This document shows positions 47,047 through 56,710 of a stretch of 64,000 bases of DNA, in pieces (position 1 is the stretch's first letter; the number at the start of each line of letters is the position of its first letter). This DNA is from a virus. A program made the position numbers and the translations under genes. The stretch lies in IMG/VR virus record IMGVR_UViG_3300008111_000019, positions 47,088 through 111,087 of that record, one strand, 5' to 3'. The notes beneath the pieces are model-generated. The model had not been told where the DNA came from. It worked only from the letters and a program-made list of their open reading frames with translations, and ran no database searches.

Positions 47047-47381
47047 TAATTGTAATCGCCTTTTTCTAAAAATTTTTCTTGTTCGTTAGCGATATATCTA
47101 GCCAATTCTATGATTTTTTCTTTAGGAAATTTCAATTCAGGTTTTTCAATTTCAAACTTTTCACAATAGGCCTCTTTACATCTCATTAAAGGATGCACAT
47201 ATAATTTATATGCGTTAGGATTACCTTTGTGATCTTTGTGTTTTTTCACTGCCGGAAAGAAAAACTGATTCAGCATTTGATCATCGTTGTCCATGAAGAA
47301 TTTAAGATCCTCAAGCCAATTAACATCTTGCTCTTCGTCTTTAGGTGCCCCTATAGGGCTAAACATTTCTAATAATTTCAT
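47046..47381 (-). CDS. Hypothetical protein
   Basis: Start moved to MKLLEMF at 47381, just after upstream stop. Confidence 0.65.
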   Translation of the reverse strand: MKLLEMFSPIGAPKDEEQDVNWLEDLKFFMDNDDQMLNQFFFPAVKKHKDHKGNPNAYKLYVHPLMRCKEAYCEKFEIEKPELKFPKEKIIELARYIANEQEKFLEKGDYN

Positions 47382-47382
47382 A

Positions 47383-48132
47383 TTACCAAGACCTACATGA
47401 CCAATAACGTGCTTTCCAGCGTGGACCTGGATTTTTGCAGTTGTGACGTGCTCTGAATGATTTACGTCTCTTTGGATTAGATTTCTTAATACGCATTTTC
47501 TTATCGCCAAAGTTTACTTTGACAATGTTACCGTTAGGCTTGCGTACATATACTTTTGATTTTTTTACATCACCGGCCATCTTTTTACCTAATGGTACTT
47601 CACGGCCTTGATATTTGGCTTCGTCGGTTTGGTCTTCTTCCAAATCTTCGCCCATCTTAACACAGTTGTCTACGGTCTTGCCGCCTTTCTGTTTGGTGCC
47701 CATACGCTTGTAGCCTTTCCAACAGGCTTTGCCATCGACACCTTTTTGTTTTTCTTCATCTAATTGTGCATCTTCAAATGATAAACCTTCGTTGGTAATG
47801 TAATTTAAAGAATAGTCATCTAGTTCTACTACAATACCGTCTTCTACGATATCAACAATCTCGGTTTCAATTTCAAAATCTTCAGAAAAACTGATACCAA
47901 AGTCGTCTCCAATCTGGTAGACATCTTCGTTTTCTGTGAATCCCTTAGATTCGGCTTCTTTTTCTAGATCTGCTCTACGCTGATCGATGGCTGCTGAAAT
48001 TTCAGGATCCTTTGAAGCCACGGGATCTGATTCTAAATCATCTAGTGCTTTGCGCTTGGCTGCTAGATCTGAAGGATCTTTAAGTGCTGTTTCGCTGACT
48101 AGTGCGTCTAATTTAGATAATAGGTCTCTCAT
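47383..48132 (-). CDS. Modular probable internal head protein
   Basis: Acidic N-part, CWKGY..NCV module, basic C-terminal VNFG..FRARHNC..ARYWSC module. Confidence 0.6.
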   Translation of the reverse strand: MRDLLSKLDALVSETALKDPSDLAAKRKALDDLESDPVASKDPEISAAIDQRRADLEKEAESKGFTENEDVYQIGDDFGISFSEDFEIETEIVDIVEDGIVVELDDYSLNYITNEGLSFEDAQLDEEKQKGVDGKACWKGYKRMGTKQKGGKTVDNCVKMGEDLEEDQTDEAKYQGREVPLGKKMAGDVKKSKVYVRKPNGNIVKVNFGDKKMRIKKSNPKRRKSFRARHNCKNPGPRWKARYWSCRSW

Positions 48133-48164
48133 AGTATTCCTCGTGGGGCAATACTGTATTTATC
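48133..48164 (-). promoter_or_regulatory. Late promoter GATAAATA with hairpin over RBS
   Basis: Promoter 48157-48164; AGTATT-g-CC/GG-AATACT stem covering GAGG SD. Confidence 0.55.
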
Positions 48165-48176
48165 GTGACTACTATC

Positions 48177-48545
48177 TTAGTAATTAAAGCGAAGGTCTAC
48201 TATAGTACCGTTCTGTAGATTGTATGCAGCACGAATCCATACGAAATTGCCTACAAAATTTCGTGAAATTGAATAATTTTGACCATCTATTCCGCCAACA
48301 CCGGAACTATCGTCACCTATCTCTGTATTAGCAATATCAACCCAGTCGTTATCTCCAGGATAGAGATTAAGGGTTCCTTGCAATTTAACAGTACCTGAAA
48401 AACTGTTAACAGTGTAGATAGTAGTATGGACAGCATCGCCGCTTTGATGATATCCTGAGGCTTTTTTCTTAGATCCGTAGGAAAGATTAGCGTTGCCTGC
48501 TTCAGCAGTTACATTTGACAATAAAATTGTGTTTTCAGTGGGCAT
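48177..48545 (-). CDS. Hypothetical beta-rich (probably structural) protein
   Basis: Preceded by GATAAATA (48550-48557). Confidence 0.65.
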   Translation of the reverse strand: MPTENTILLSNVTAEAGNANLSYGSKKKASGYHQSGDAVHTTIYTVNSFSGTVKLQGTLNLYPGDNDWVDIANTEIGDDSSGVGGIDGQNYSISRNFVGNFVWIRAAYNLQNGTIVDLRFNY

Positions 48546-48548
48546 CTC

Positions 48549-49220
48549 TTATTTATCGGATAATACGTATTCGTAAACCTTGCCCAGGACTTCAGGACTG
48601 CGCATATGTAAAAACAACAAAGTTCGTTGGTCTTCAACAAGTATATATCTTCGATCCCAGTTCCAATCAGTGCGCACAAACCAATCTTTGACTGCCTCAC
48701 TGATTAAAACATTTTTTTGTGTTTCTAACCAGTCTATGTAATGCTGTTTCCCTAATCTATCATTTTTCATCTTATGTGGTTTTAGATAGATTTTATATCT
48801 ATAGAGATCATGAGGAAGTTTTTTACAAACTATATAATTTTGATTTTCATAATCCGCTGATCTAGACGGGTCAGGCTCGCTGCACAACAAAAGTATGTGT
48901 TTAAATTTTTCACATAGCGTATTATATATAGATTGCTCGTTGGTATATAGATCTAGATTGTTTACTTCTATTCTTTTTGACCAGTCAGCAGTATCTAGTG
49001 TAGAAAGGTATGAGCATAAATCTGTGATGTCATCTCGATTAGCATAGGCTTTTCGATAATAGTGTAATTTTAGATTTTCTTCAGAGTGAGTTTTATTTAA
49101 AAAATCAACAACGTCTTGTAAAGAATGATTCCGTAGAACGGCTATACCAGGCAATCTTAGACTAGCCTTGTATAACCATTTACCGTAGAATTTTTTTCTA
49201 GTTACATTACTCTTGAACAT
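48549..49220 (-). CDS. Hypothetical protein
   Basis: 223-aa ORF overlapping clpA end. Confidence 0.7.
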   Translation of the reverse strand: MFKSNVTRKKFYGKWLYKASLRLPGIAVLRNHSLQDVVDFLNKTHSEENLKLHYYRKAYANRDDITDLCSYLSTLDTADWSKRIEVNNLDLYTNEQSIYNTLCEKFKHILLLCSEPDPSRSADYENQNYIVCKKLPHDLYRYKIYLKPHKMKNDRLGKQHYIDWLETQKNVLISEAVKDWFVRTDWNWDRRYILVEDQRTLLFLHMRSPEVLGKVYEYVLSDK

Positions 49221-51537
49221 CAGTGACTGGTTCCGTTAGAGGCAAAGGAATACCTCTTTTTAATGCTTTTCTTTCTTGCTTAGTTAATGGTCTTGCTCTT
49301 TCAGTAATATCAAACTGGAGATCGTTATCTGCCAATACTACATGAACATTACCACCGTTCACAAGATCACCAAACAGCACTCTACGACTCAATGGAGACT
49401 TAACTTTATTATCAATTAGACGAGATAGCGGTCTAGCACCCATCTTTTTGTCGTAACCATTTTCTACAAGCCATTTAACAGATTCCTCACTAGGAATAAT
49501 TTCAATGTTTTTATCCTTGAGTTGAACATTTAGTTCGTTAATAAACTTGTAAACGATTTTTTCTACAGTTTCAAAACTTAGTTTGTTAAACTTAACTACA
49601 GCATCTAAGCGATTGCGGAATTCGGGCGGGAAGAATTTCTTGATGGCTTTATCATCTTCTCCTTCACGTTCTAGTTCACCAAATCCTATAGTATTATTTT
49701 CATTGTCTCTAGCACCTAAATTAGATGTCATAATTAAGATACAATTACGACCGTCTGCTTGTTTGCCGTTCGACCCTGTGACAAAGCCGTTATCCATGAA
49801 CTGTAACAAGATGTTTGATACATCCGGATGGCTCTTTTCAATCTCATCTAACAACAAAACACAGTTAGGATGTTCTTGCAGTTTAGTAATTAGTTGTCCA
49901 GCGTTATCTTCGTAGCCAACGTAGCCAGGAGGAGCACCGATCAATCTTGCCACACTATGTTTTTCTTGATACTCGCTCATATCAAATCTAACTAATTGCA
50001 TACCCATCTTTTCAGATAGTTGTTTAGCAGTTTCAGTCTTACCGCAACCAGTAGGGCCTAAGAATAAAAATGCTCCAATCGGTTTGTTAGGAGATTTCAT
50101 ACCTGCCTGACTTACAAATATTTTGTCTAACAGAGTATCCACAGCCTTGTCTTGACCTAACACTGCTGTTTTCATATTGCCTTCCAAGTCAGAAAGATTT
50201 TTGCTTTCTTTTTGTGCTACAATTTCTAAAGGCATGTTGATCATTTTACTGAGTTCGTATGATACTTGCTCAATGTCAACGATCTGTTCAACACCTTCCA
50301 TGTTTTCTTCGTCTCTGAGTTTATATCGAGCCGCGGCACAATCTAATATATCAATAGCCTTGTCCGGTAACTTTTTATCACTCATGTACTTTACTGATAA
50401 TTTTACTGCATGATCAATGGCAGCATCAGTGATTTTAACTTCGTGATGTTTTTCGTAATATTTCTTTAGACCTTTGAGAATTTTAACTGACAATTCTTCG
50501 CTAGGCTCGTCAACAGTGACACGTTGGAATCTGCGCATTAAAGCACGATCCTTTTCAAAGTGCTTGCGATATTCTTCCCACGTAGTTGAAGCAATCAATT
50601 TCATAGACTTTTTAGTAAGAATAGGTTTCAACATGTTGCTCATGTCGTTGCTGCTTTGGTTGGCAGCACCTGCTCCTTGCATCATATGTGCTTCGTCGAT
50701 AAAGACAATAACTTTACCTTTTTTCTCTAAAGCCGCAAACACTGCTTTGATACGTTCTTCAAAGTCTCCACGATATTTGCTTCCAGCCAATAGTGCAGAA
50801 ATATCTAAAGTATACACAGTGTGGTCCTGAATAAACTTAGGAACTTTCTTTTCAAAGATTTTTCTAGCCAAGCCCTCAGCAATAGCAGTTTTTCCTACTC
50901 CTGGCTCGCCTACTAATAATGCATTACATTTATTACGTCTTGCCAAGATTAGTTGTATCTTTTCTAGTTCTTCGTCTCTGCCGATTACAGGATCTATTTT
51001 TCTTTGTTTAGCCTGTAAACTTAAATTTGTACAAAATTGATTTAAAATTCTTTCTATCTGATTGTTTGTAGCCACAGGTATGCTTTCTTGTTCTTCTTCT
51101 ATAACAATGTTTTCCTGGAAATATTTTACAAATTTTTCTTTGGTTAACCCGCCTTTGTTTAAAAAGTAATAACCAAAGGAGTTCTTTTCAGCCAATACAC
51201 TGATGATCACGTCAGCAACTTCCATACGCTGACGCCCGCTAAACAGCACTTGTGTAAAGCAACGATTTAATACTCTTTCTACACTGGTAGTTTTTTTTGG
51301 TTTTTCAACTTGTGTAGCAGAAGAGATCTCTTTGAGATTGTTTTTTAAATAGTGATCTATATTGGTTTTAATAAAATTAGCATTGGCTCCAAAATTGGAA
51401 ACCATATCAAACGATTCTTGATCACACATAATACTGTAGACTAGATGTTCTACAGTGATATATTCGTGATTAAGTTCTTTGGCTACTTCAACTGCATGAT
51501 TAAAAATATTCTGCAGGTGCTGACTAGGTTCTATCAT
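49207..51537 (-). CDS. clpA: ATP-dependent Clp protease ATPase subunit (ClpA-like)
   Basis: DPVIGR, GEPGVGKT, GPTGCGKT, GAPPGYVG, IGF loop, no ClpB M-domain. Confidence 0.92.
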   Translation of the reverse strand: MIEPSQHLQNIFNHAVEVAKELNHEYITVEHLVYSIMCDQESFDMVSNFGANANFIKTNIDHYLKNNLKEISSATQVEKPKKTTSVERVLNRCFTQVLFSGRQRMEVADVIISVLAEKNSFGYYFLNKGGLTKEKFVKYFQENIVIEEEQESIPVATNNQIERILNQFCTNLSLQAKQRKIDPVIGRDEELEKIQLILARRNKCNALLVGEPGVGKTAIAEGLARKIFEKKVPKFIQDHTVYTLDISALLAGSKYRGDFEERIKAVFAALEKKGKVIVFIDEAHMMQGAGAANQSSNDMSNMLKPILTKKSMKLIASTTWEEYRKHFEKDRALMRRFQRVTVDEPSEELSVKILKGLKKYYEKHHEVKITDAAIDHAVKLSVKYMSDKKLPDKAIDILDCAAARYKLRDEENMEGVEQIVDIEQVSYELSKMINMPLEIVAQKESKNLSDLEGNMKTAVLGQDKAVDTLLDKIFVSQAGMKSPNKPIGAFLFLGPTGCGKTETAKQLSEKMGMQLVRFDMSEYQEKHSVARLIGAPPGYVGYEDNAGQLITKLQEHPNCVLLLDEIEKSHPDVSNILLQFMDNGFVTGSNGKQADGRNCILIMTSNLGARDNENNTIGFGELEREGEDDKAIKKFFPPEFRNRLDAVVKFNKLSFETVEKIVYKFINELNVQLKDKNIEIIPSEESVKWLVENGYDKKMGARPLSRLIDNKVKSPLSRRVLFGDLVNGGNVHVVLADNDLQFDITERARPLTKQERKALKRGIPLPLTEPVTDVQE

Positions 51538-52031
51538 TATTTTTGTTTCCTTAATTTCTGCATTGCTAATTGTAACTTCATAGGACTTACTATGTCAACA
51601 AAACATGTGCCAATGAGATGATCAAATTCATGTTGGAAACATCTGGCCACTAGACCGTCCATTTCTGCTTCTATGATATCCCCTCGACTGTTTTGATATT
51701 CAACTAAAATCTTTTTAGGTCTTTTAATATTCAACCATAGTCCTGGAAAACTTAAACAGCCTTCTTTGAATAATTCTGTATCGCTGCTCGAAGATATTAT
51801 TTTAGGATTAAAAACAGCAAATGGCTTTGGAAAACCTGGAATATTCTCGCTGCCCATAACAAACACTTGCTTGGTTAAACCAATTTGATTAGCCGCTAGG
51901 CCTATGCCCATGTGCTTCATCATAAAGTAACACATGTCGTGTTCTAATTTTTCTGCATCGCCGTCTGATAAAAAATCCCAAGTATCGCTGATTTGCTGTA
52001 AACTTGAATGTAGTCCTAGATTATAATCCAT
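51537..52031 (-). CDS. def: Peptide deformylase
   Basis: [22 protein letters not shown]. Confidence 0.95.
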   Translation of the reverse strand: MDYNLGLHSSLQQISDTWDFLSDGDAEKLEHDMCYFMMKHMGIGLAANQIGLTKQVFVMGSENIPGFPKPFAVFNPKIISSSSDTELFKEGCLSFPGLWLNIKRPKKILVEYQNSRGDIIEAEMDGLVARCFQHEFDHLIGTCFVDIVSPMKLQLAMQKLRKQK

Positions 52032-52866
52032 TGTCTTTTAACTGTTGTATGATATCTAAATGATTTTTATTTGTAATTTTTGGTATTTTTATTTTAATTT
52101 TTACCAATAAGTTACCGCGAAGTTTGCTACGCATGTTAGGCAATCCTTCATTGCGACAACTTAAAACAGTTTCCGGTTGGCTGCCGGGAGGAACTGTTAT
52201 TTCTAATGATTTGTTATCTAATGTGTTGATATCTATTTTTGTTCCTAGTAAGGCATCCCAAACTGAAATATATTTTTCTACTACGAGATTATCCCCTTCT
52301 CGTCTGTAAGTACGATGTGGAATAACTCTAACATTTACTATTAGATCTCCGGCTGGTATGTTAGGTACGCTGTTGTCCCCCATACCCTGATATCTAATCT
52401 GTTGTCCTTCTTCTATACCTGCAGGGATAGCAATATTGATAATTTTCTTTCGACCGCCTGGTATAGAAACTTCAGCGTCAAGATTTTTACCGTTAAGAAC
52501 ATCTTCTAGAGTTAGATCAACAACTAAACTTATTGTTTTATTGCGATGTGCGTGCCTTTGTTGAAAACCGCCAAATCCAAAATTGCCAAACATATCTTCA
52601 AAATTGTGTGTGCCAAAATGGAATTCAAAAGGTCCGCTTTGTCCAAAGCCGCCGTGATGCTGTTGACCCTTAGGATCAACGCCCATATCAATCATTTGTT
52701 TTTTCTGAGGATCGCTAAGGATCTCGTAAGCCTCAGAGATTTGCTTGAATTTCTTTTCATCGCCACCTCGGTCTGGGTGATGTTGCATAGCCATCTTACG
52801 GTAGGCTTTCTTTATCTCCTCTTGAGATGCGTTTCGATTTAAACCTAAAGTAGAATAATAGTCCAT
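52021..52866 (-). CDS. dnaJ: DnaJ/CbpA-type co-chaperone (no Zn finger)
   Basis: DYY..LG..IKKAYRK..HPD, G/F region, C-terminal DnaJ domain. Confidence 0.9.
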   Translation of the reverse strand: MDYYSTLGLNRNASQEEIKKAYRKMAMQHHPDRGGDEKKFKQISEAYEILSDPQKKQMIDMGVDPKGQQHHGGFGQSGPFEFHFGTHNFEDMFGNFGFGGFQQRHAHRNKTISLVVDLTLEDVLNGKNLDAEVSIPGGRKKIINIAIPAGIEEGQQIRYQGMGDNSVPNIPAGDLIVNVRVIPHRTYRREGDNLVVEKYISVWDALLGTKIDINTLDNKSLEITVPPGSQPETVLSCRNEGLPNMRSKLRGNLLVKIKIKIPKITNKNHLDIIQQLKDNGL

Positions 52867-52873
52867 ATTAAAA

Positions 52874-52905
52874 AAATAAAAAGGCCTTAAGTGGCCTTTT
52901 TATTT
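52874..52905. terminator. Intrinsic terminator (potentially bidirectional)
   Basis: AAATAAAAAGGCC-TTAAGT-GGCCTTTTTATTT. Confidence 0.75.
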
Positions 52906-52925
52906 AATATGAAAGCAGTGAAGGA

Positions 52926-53150
52926 TTATTTTTTCTTCTCAGGTACTGCTGTGCCTTCATGCTTTTTATGAACTTTTACGTCTTTACAATCTTGTTTTGG
53001 TTTTTTGGTTTTTGGATCAATAACTGGCTTGCCGTCTTTGCCTTGTACATCTACACAAACCTTTTTAGTTTCTGGTTTCTTGTCGTCGGCCGCGTATGAA
53101 GGATATGCTACCGCTAATGCTAGACCTGCTGCGAAAATAATATGTTTCAT
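52926..53150 (-). CDS. Small secreted protein
   Basis: Sec signal peptide ending SYA; two Cys; Lys-rich. Confidence 0.7.
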   Translation of the reverse strand: MKHIIFAAGLALAVAYPSYAADDKKPETKKVCVDVQGKDGKPVIDPKTKKPKQDCKDVKVHKKHEGTAVPEKKK

Positions 53151-53160
53151 TTATTTCTCC

Positions 53161-53742
53161 TTATAGTTCGGGTTGAGGTGGTTGAAATGGCATTGGTTTT
53201 CCAGTACTGCTCATCATAGGAGCAGCAGGAACGCCACCAAATGGACTAGAATCTGCTGGTGCTCCAAAACCGCCTGTGCTCATAGTATTTCCTCCTAGAG
53301 GAGCACCGCCAAATGCTGATGTTGGCGATTTGAATGAAGCATTGAATCCGCCTAGACTAGCCGATGCACTAAATCCTCCTGTTGGACTGCTAGGTGCAGT
53401 TGGACTTGGACTAACGCTAGGTGGTTTATTAGCAGCATCTAACGCTTTGGATTTTAGATCCTTATCGTTGCCTGCTAACATAATACCGCTTAGTGTTCCT
53501 GTAAGGAATGTGGCGATAGGAATGATCAATTCAAAAAACTTTTGATCAATTGGTGAAATAGCATTGAGAGGCTGTGTAACAAATATGATAGAATATAAAA
53601 CAACAAATACAATTCCAGTTAATGTCAATGCTAAACAAATACCAATAAAGAATCTCAACCTAGCCATTAACTGGTCTTCGGTATAGATAAAGAATTCTCC
53701 AGTATCTGTATTATTCTTTTTAAATTTCGATAGTAACTCCAT
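53161..53742 (-). CDS. Two-TM membrane protein with Pro/Gly/Ser-rich tail
   Basis: Two hydrophobic helices; start at TAATG overlap. Confidence 0.7.
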   Translation of the reverse strand: MELLSKFKKNNTDTGEFFIYTEDQLMARLRFFIGICLALTLTGIVFVVLYSIIFVTQPLNAISPIDQKFFELIIPIATFLTGTLSGIMLAGNDKDLKSKALDAANKPPSVSPSPTAPSSPTGGFSASASLGGFNASFKSPTSAFGGAPLGGNTMSTGGFGAPADSSPFGGVPAAPMMSSTGKPMPFQPPQPEL

Positions 53743-54020
53743 TACTTGCATCCTCCGCTCGTTGGCTGTGTTGGGGTCATAGTTGGTGTTGGTGCTGGAC
53801 TATCCTTAGCAGGACCAAGTCTAGGATCTCTTTGACCTTTGAAAATATGTTCTGGACAAGTCCTTGTTACATCACAAGTAGGTAACTTGCAGATATCCTT
53901 GTCCCAGTTTTTAGGATCTTGGCAAGGATAGCGGAAACTATCACCGCCGAACACGGCTAGACCCAGGGGTAGTGCTAGTAAAATTACCACCCATTTAAAT
54001 AGTTTTAAATCACTATTCAT
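53742..54020 (-). CDS. Membrane-anchored Cys-rich periplasmic protein
   Basis: N-terminal TM then YPCQDP..C..PTC..TCPE; GTTAAATA promoter at 54051-54058. Confidence 0.7.
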   Translation of the reverse strand: MNSDLKLFKWVVILLALPLGLAVFGGDSFRYPCQDPKNWDKDICKLPTCDVTRTCPEHIFKGQRDPRLGPAKDSPAPTPTMTPTQPTSGGCK

Positions 54021-54058
54021 ATCGCTCCTCGCTCTAATAAACTATACTGTTATTTAAC

Positions 54059-54082
54059 AAAAAAGCCCAGAAAACTGGGCTT
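54059..54082 (-). terminator. Intrinsic terminator ending lysis cassette
   Basis: GCCCAG-TTTT-CTGGGC followed by T6 on minus strand. Confidence 0.8.
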
Positions 54083-54108
54083 GGGTATTGAAGTATAAAG
54101 TGCTGTTA

Positions 54109-54336
54109 TTATTCTGTAGGTTTTTGTTTAGAAAATTTTTCAGATGCTGTAAACCCTAGTCCTGCTATGGCAATGTACATCATCGCTTCATAGACATTAG
54201 GATCTACAGTTTTATCCCAGACTAAGTCTCCAATAAATCCAGCAGCACACAACAAAAATGCTGCCACAGTTATTGCTCGCTTACTGCTTATACCTTCGTC
54301 GGTTCCGTCGGTGAGCATACTATGAAACCAGTTCAT
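54109..54336 (-). CDS. Holin-like two-TM protein
   Basis: 75 aa, SSKR then two TMs, charged tail; end of lysis cassette. Confidence 0.55.
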   Translation of the reverse strand: MNWFHSMLTDGTDEGISSKRAITVAAFLLCAAGFIGDLVWDKTVDPNVYEAMMYIAIAGLGFTASEKFSKQKPTE

Positions 54337-54623
54337 TGTTTGTCTCCGTTGTTTACTAGTTCTTCTTGCAGTTTAAGTCTTTCTTCGCAGGCTCGAACTT
54401 CTAACATCATCTCTGCTGCTACCTTTTGTGCCTTCTCTGCTGCTCTGATTGCTGCTTCGTGGGCATGTTTTGCTTCTTGGTATGCTTTGGTTTTGGCCGC
54501 TGATAGTTCTTTTTCTAATCTATCAACATCGTTGGCAGCATATTCTGCACGTTTATTAGAATCTAAAAATATACGTCTTAGTTTTTTAGCCGCTGTTTCT
54601 TCTAACTTTCTTATGAAATTCAT
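54333..54623 (-). CDS. Coiled-coil hypothetical protein in lysis cassette
   Basis: Start moved to MNFIRK after o-spanin stop; Ala/Glu/Lys-rich. Confidence 0.6.
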   Translation of the reverse strand: MNFIRKLEETAAKKLRRIFLDSNKRAEYAANDVDRLEKELSAAKTKAYQEAKHAHEAAIRAAEKAQKVAAEMMLEVRACEERLKLQEELVNNGDKQ

Positions 54624-54624
54624 T

Positions 54625-54894
54625 TCATTTTCCTTCGTAGATCTTCTTTTGACCGTTGTACCATACGATCCAGTCATCTACTTTGGCCTTGCATTCATAA
54701 TATGTACCATAGTTATCGGATACTACACCTATGATATCACTTAATTTGTCTGTTTTAGGATCCACTAGTTTTAAATCAGGACAGGCATCTAACAATTCTT
54801 TAGGTACATCTGGCCATACCTGTTTGATAGGCACAGGTTGTTTAAAAAGACAGCCAGTTAGCAAGAAAGGAGTTAGTAAGAGCCATAATTTCAT
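54625..54894 (-). CDS. o-spanin (outer-membrane lipoprotein)
   Basis: Lipobox LLTGC, Pro-rich, two further Cys; follows i-spanin. Confidence 0.75.
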   Translation of the reverse strand: MKLWLLLTPFLLTGCLFKQPVPIKQVWPDVPKELLDACPDLKLVDPKTDKLSDIIGVVSDNYGTYYECKAKVDDWIVWYNGQKKIYEGK

Positions 54895-55346
54895 TTGGCC
54901 TTCTCCGGATTAGCAGCAGATTTGTTTAGTAATTCTGGAACTTTAGGATCTATCTTACAATCTTTATCTATGAATTCTTTCTGTACCTGTATCTCAGTGC
55001 GTACACGATCTCTGTATTCAACCCTAACTTCTGATTTCTTTTTACGTTCGTCGGATAATTTTTTGTTTAGATCGGCCGCTTCTACTGCCTTTTTATCTGC
55101 AGCCTCTTGTGCCACACGTACTTTTTCTTCCCACATTGCTTGCACACCACTTCCGCCGTACATGAATACGCAAACTAATGCTGCAATACCCCCTAAGGGT
55201 TTTACAAACATCATGTAGGGTTTTAGAGGAGGGAAATGACTGAATATGCTGGCAAAAAAGAATGCTACTAGACCAGCCCCAGCCCCAGCCAACCACATCC
55301 AGGCAGGAATAGTACTAAGGACTGCGTCTATTAACCAAGTAAACAT
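54891..55346 (-). CDS. i-spanin
   Basis: N-terminal TM(s), coiled coil, C-terminal Cys; follows endolysin. Confidence 0.7.
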   Translation of the reverse strand: MFTWLIDAVLSTIPAWMWLAGAGAGLVAFFFASIFSHFPPLKPYMMFVKPLGGIAALVCVFMYGGSGVQAMWEEKVRVAQEAADKKAVEAADLNKKLSDERKKKSEVRVEYRDRVRTEIQVQKEFIDKDCKIDPKVPELLNKSAANPEKAK

Positions 55347-55973
55347 TTACACTCCGAAAATATGCAGAGCGTGATTGTAGTGTTTGATTCTATCTTCGAG
55401 GCCGATAGTGCCGCCATTGATACGTTTAGTTAATGTAAGAATATCGCCAGCATCTGCCCACTGGTTAAGTTTGTTCTGTTCCCAGAAAAAACATCCTGAC
55501 TGAACAGCACCTTCGAAGGTTTCTAAATATTCGCTGGCTTCTTCTACAGGAATATCTAGTGAACCTGCAAAGAATGTATAGTTGTTTTTACCAGTTAATT
55601 GAATAAGCCCACGGCCGCAATATCTCCAACCATCACCGCTGGCTTCATCACCGTTGCCCATGCGATTAGCATAGACTCTGTTGGCAATCATTTCGGGTTT
55701 GTTAGCATATGCGGCAGCAGTAGCATCGTCTGGGAAATACTTAGGAAATACTTTGCGCAGACTTGCTGCCTTGTAGTTTAAGTTTTCTTTTAAGAAAATA
55801 AATCCACCACTTTCGTGAGCGCATTGTGCTAAGAACGCTGCTACCCGTTGTGGAGTATTGATTTCGTATTCCGGAAGAATTTCTGATATTGCTTTATACC
55901 ATTGATCCACGTATGGATTTTTTGGAATCATTTCTTTTAATTGATCTTTGGTAAAATTAAATGTGAAACTCAT
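55347..55973 (-). CDS. GH19 endolysin
   Basis: AAFLAQCAHESGGF..ENLNY..YANRMGNG..GRGLIQLTGKNNY..INGG. Confidence 0.92.
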   Translation of the reverse strand: MSFTFNFTKDQLKEMIPKNPYVDQWYKAISEILPEYEINTPQRVAAFLAQCAHESGGFIFLKENLNYKAASLRKVFPKYFPDDATAAAYANKPEMIANRVYANRMGNGDEASGDGWRYCGRGLIQLTGKNNYTFFAGSLDIPVEEASEYLETFEGAVQSGCFFWEQNKLNQWADAGDILTLTKRINGGTIGLEDRIKHYNHALHIFGV

Positions 55974-56710
55974 TATTCTGTCCTTTGCAATAAAATAGTT
56001 TTGTCACCGTTAGTGAACAGGAAGTTTTCTCCGATTTTGTTTATGCTATAATCGCCTAATACTTTAGTAAGCCAGAAAACTTCACTGGTTGATTCTTCGT
56101 CAACTGTTATAGTACCTTCGTTCATAGACATAGATTCTTGATCTTCTATGATCTTAAATGTAAATTTTTTGTCAAAAGGTTTATGGAAAGTTATTAGATC
56201 GCCTTGTAGAGAAAGATCGTCCATTAATGTTTTATTGAAAAAATGTTTGTAACCTTCCACTTTAAATCCAGTCATAGTCTGCTCATATGCTACTGGAGTG
56301 GAAGGCACTACTGATTTTACTGCTTCTTCAGTGAGATCGTTTTCTTTACCACTTTTATAGTATTTAAATTTAAATGATTCTATATTGGTTAATTTTTTAA
56401 TTCCGTAAATTAATTCTTGTATTTGTTCTGCTAACTTTTCTGTTCTATTTAATTCTACAAAAACAAAGTATTCACCGTCTTTGTTTTCACCAGAACTAAC
56501 GTCAGCATCTAATACAAAGTTATATCCTTTCTCAATAAACTCCATAAGATCTTTAGCAGGAGATCGGTCTTTGGCTTTGAAACTGACCACACATACGTCA
56601 CGGTCCTCACCCATTTTAGATTTGTAAGTATCTATTTCTAGGGTAGAAAGTATCATCTCACTGAGATCTTCCGACCTCAGCCCTTCATTAAGTTGCTGGT
56701 TGTTCTGCAT
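55973..56710 (-). CDS. Hypothetical late protein
   Basis: Probable start MQNNQQLNE; FIEKGY.FVLDADVS. Confidence 0.7.
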   Translation of the reverse strand: MQNNQQLNEGLRSEDLSEMILSTLEIDTYKSKMGEDRDVCVVSFKAKDRSPAKDLMEFIEKGYNFVLDADVSSGENKDGEYFVFVELNRTEKLAEQIQELIYGIKKLTNIESFKFKYYKSGKENDLTEEAVKSVVPSTPVAYEQTMTGFKVEGYKHFFNKTLMDDLSLQGDLITFHKPFDKKFTFKIIEDQESMSMNEGTITVDEESTSEVFWLTKVLGDYSINKIGENFLFTNGDKTILLQRTE

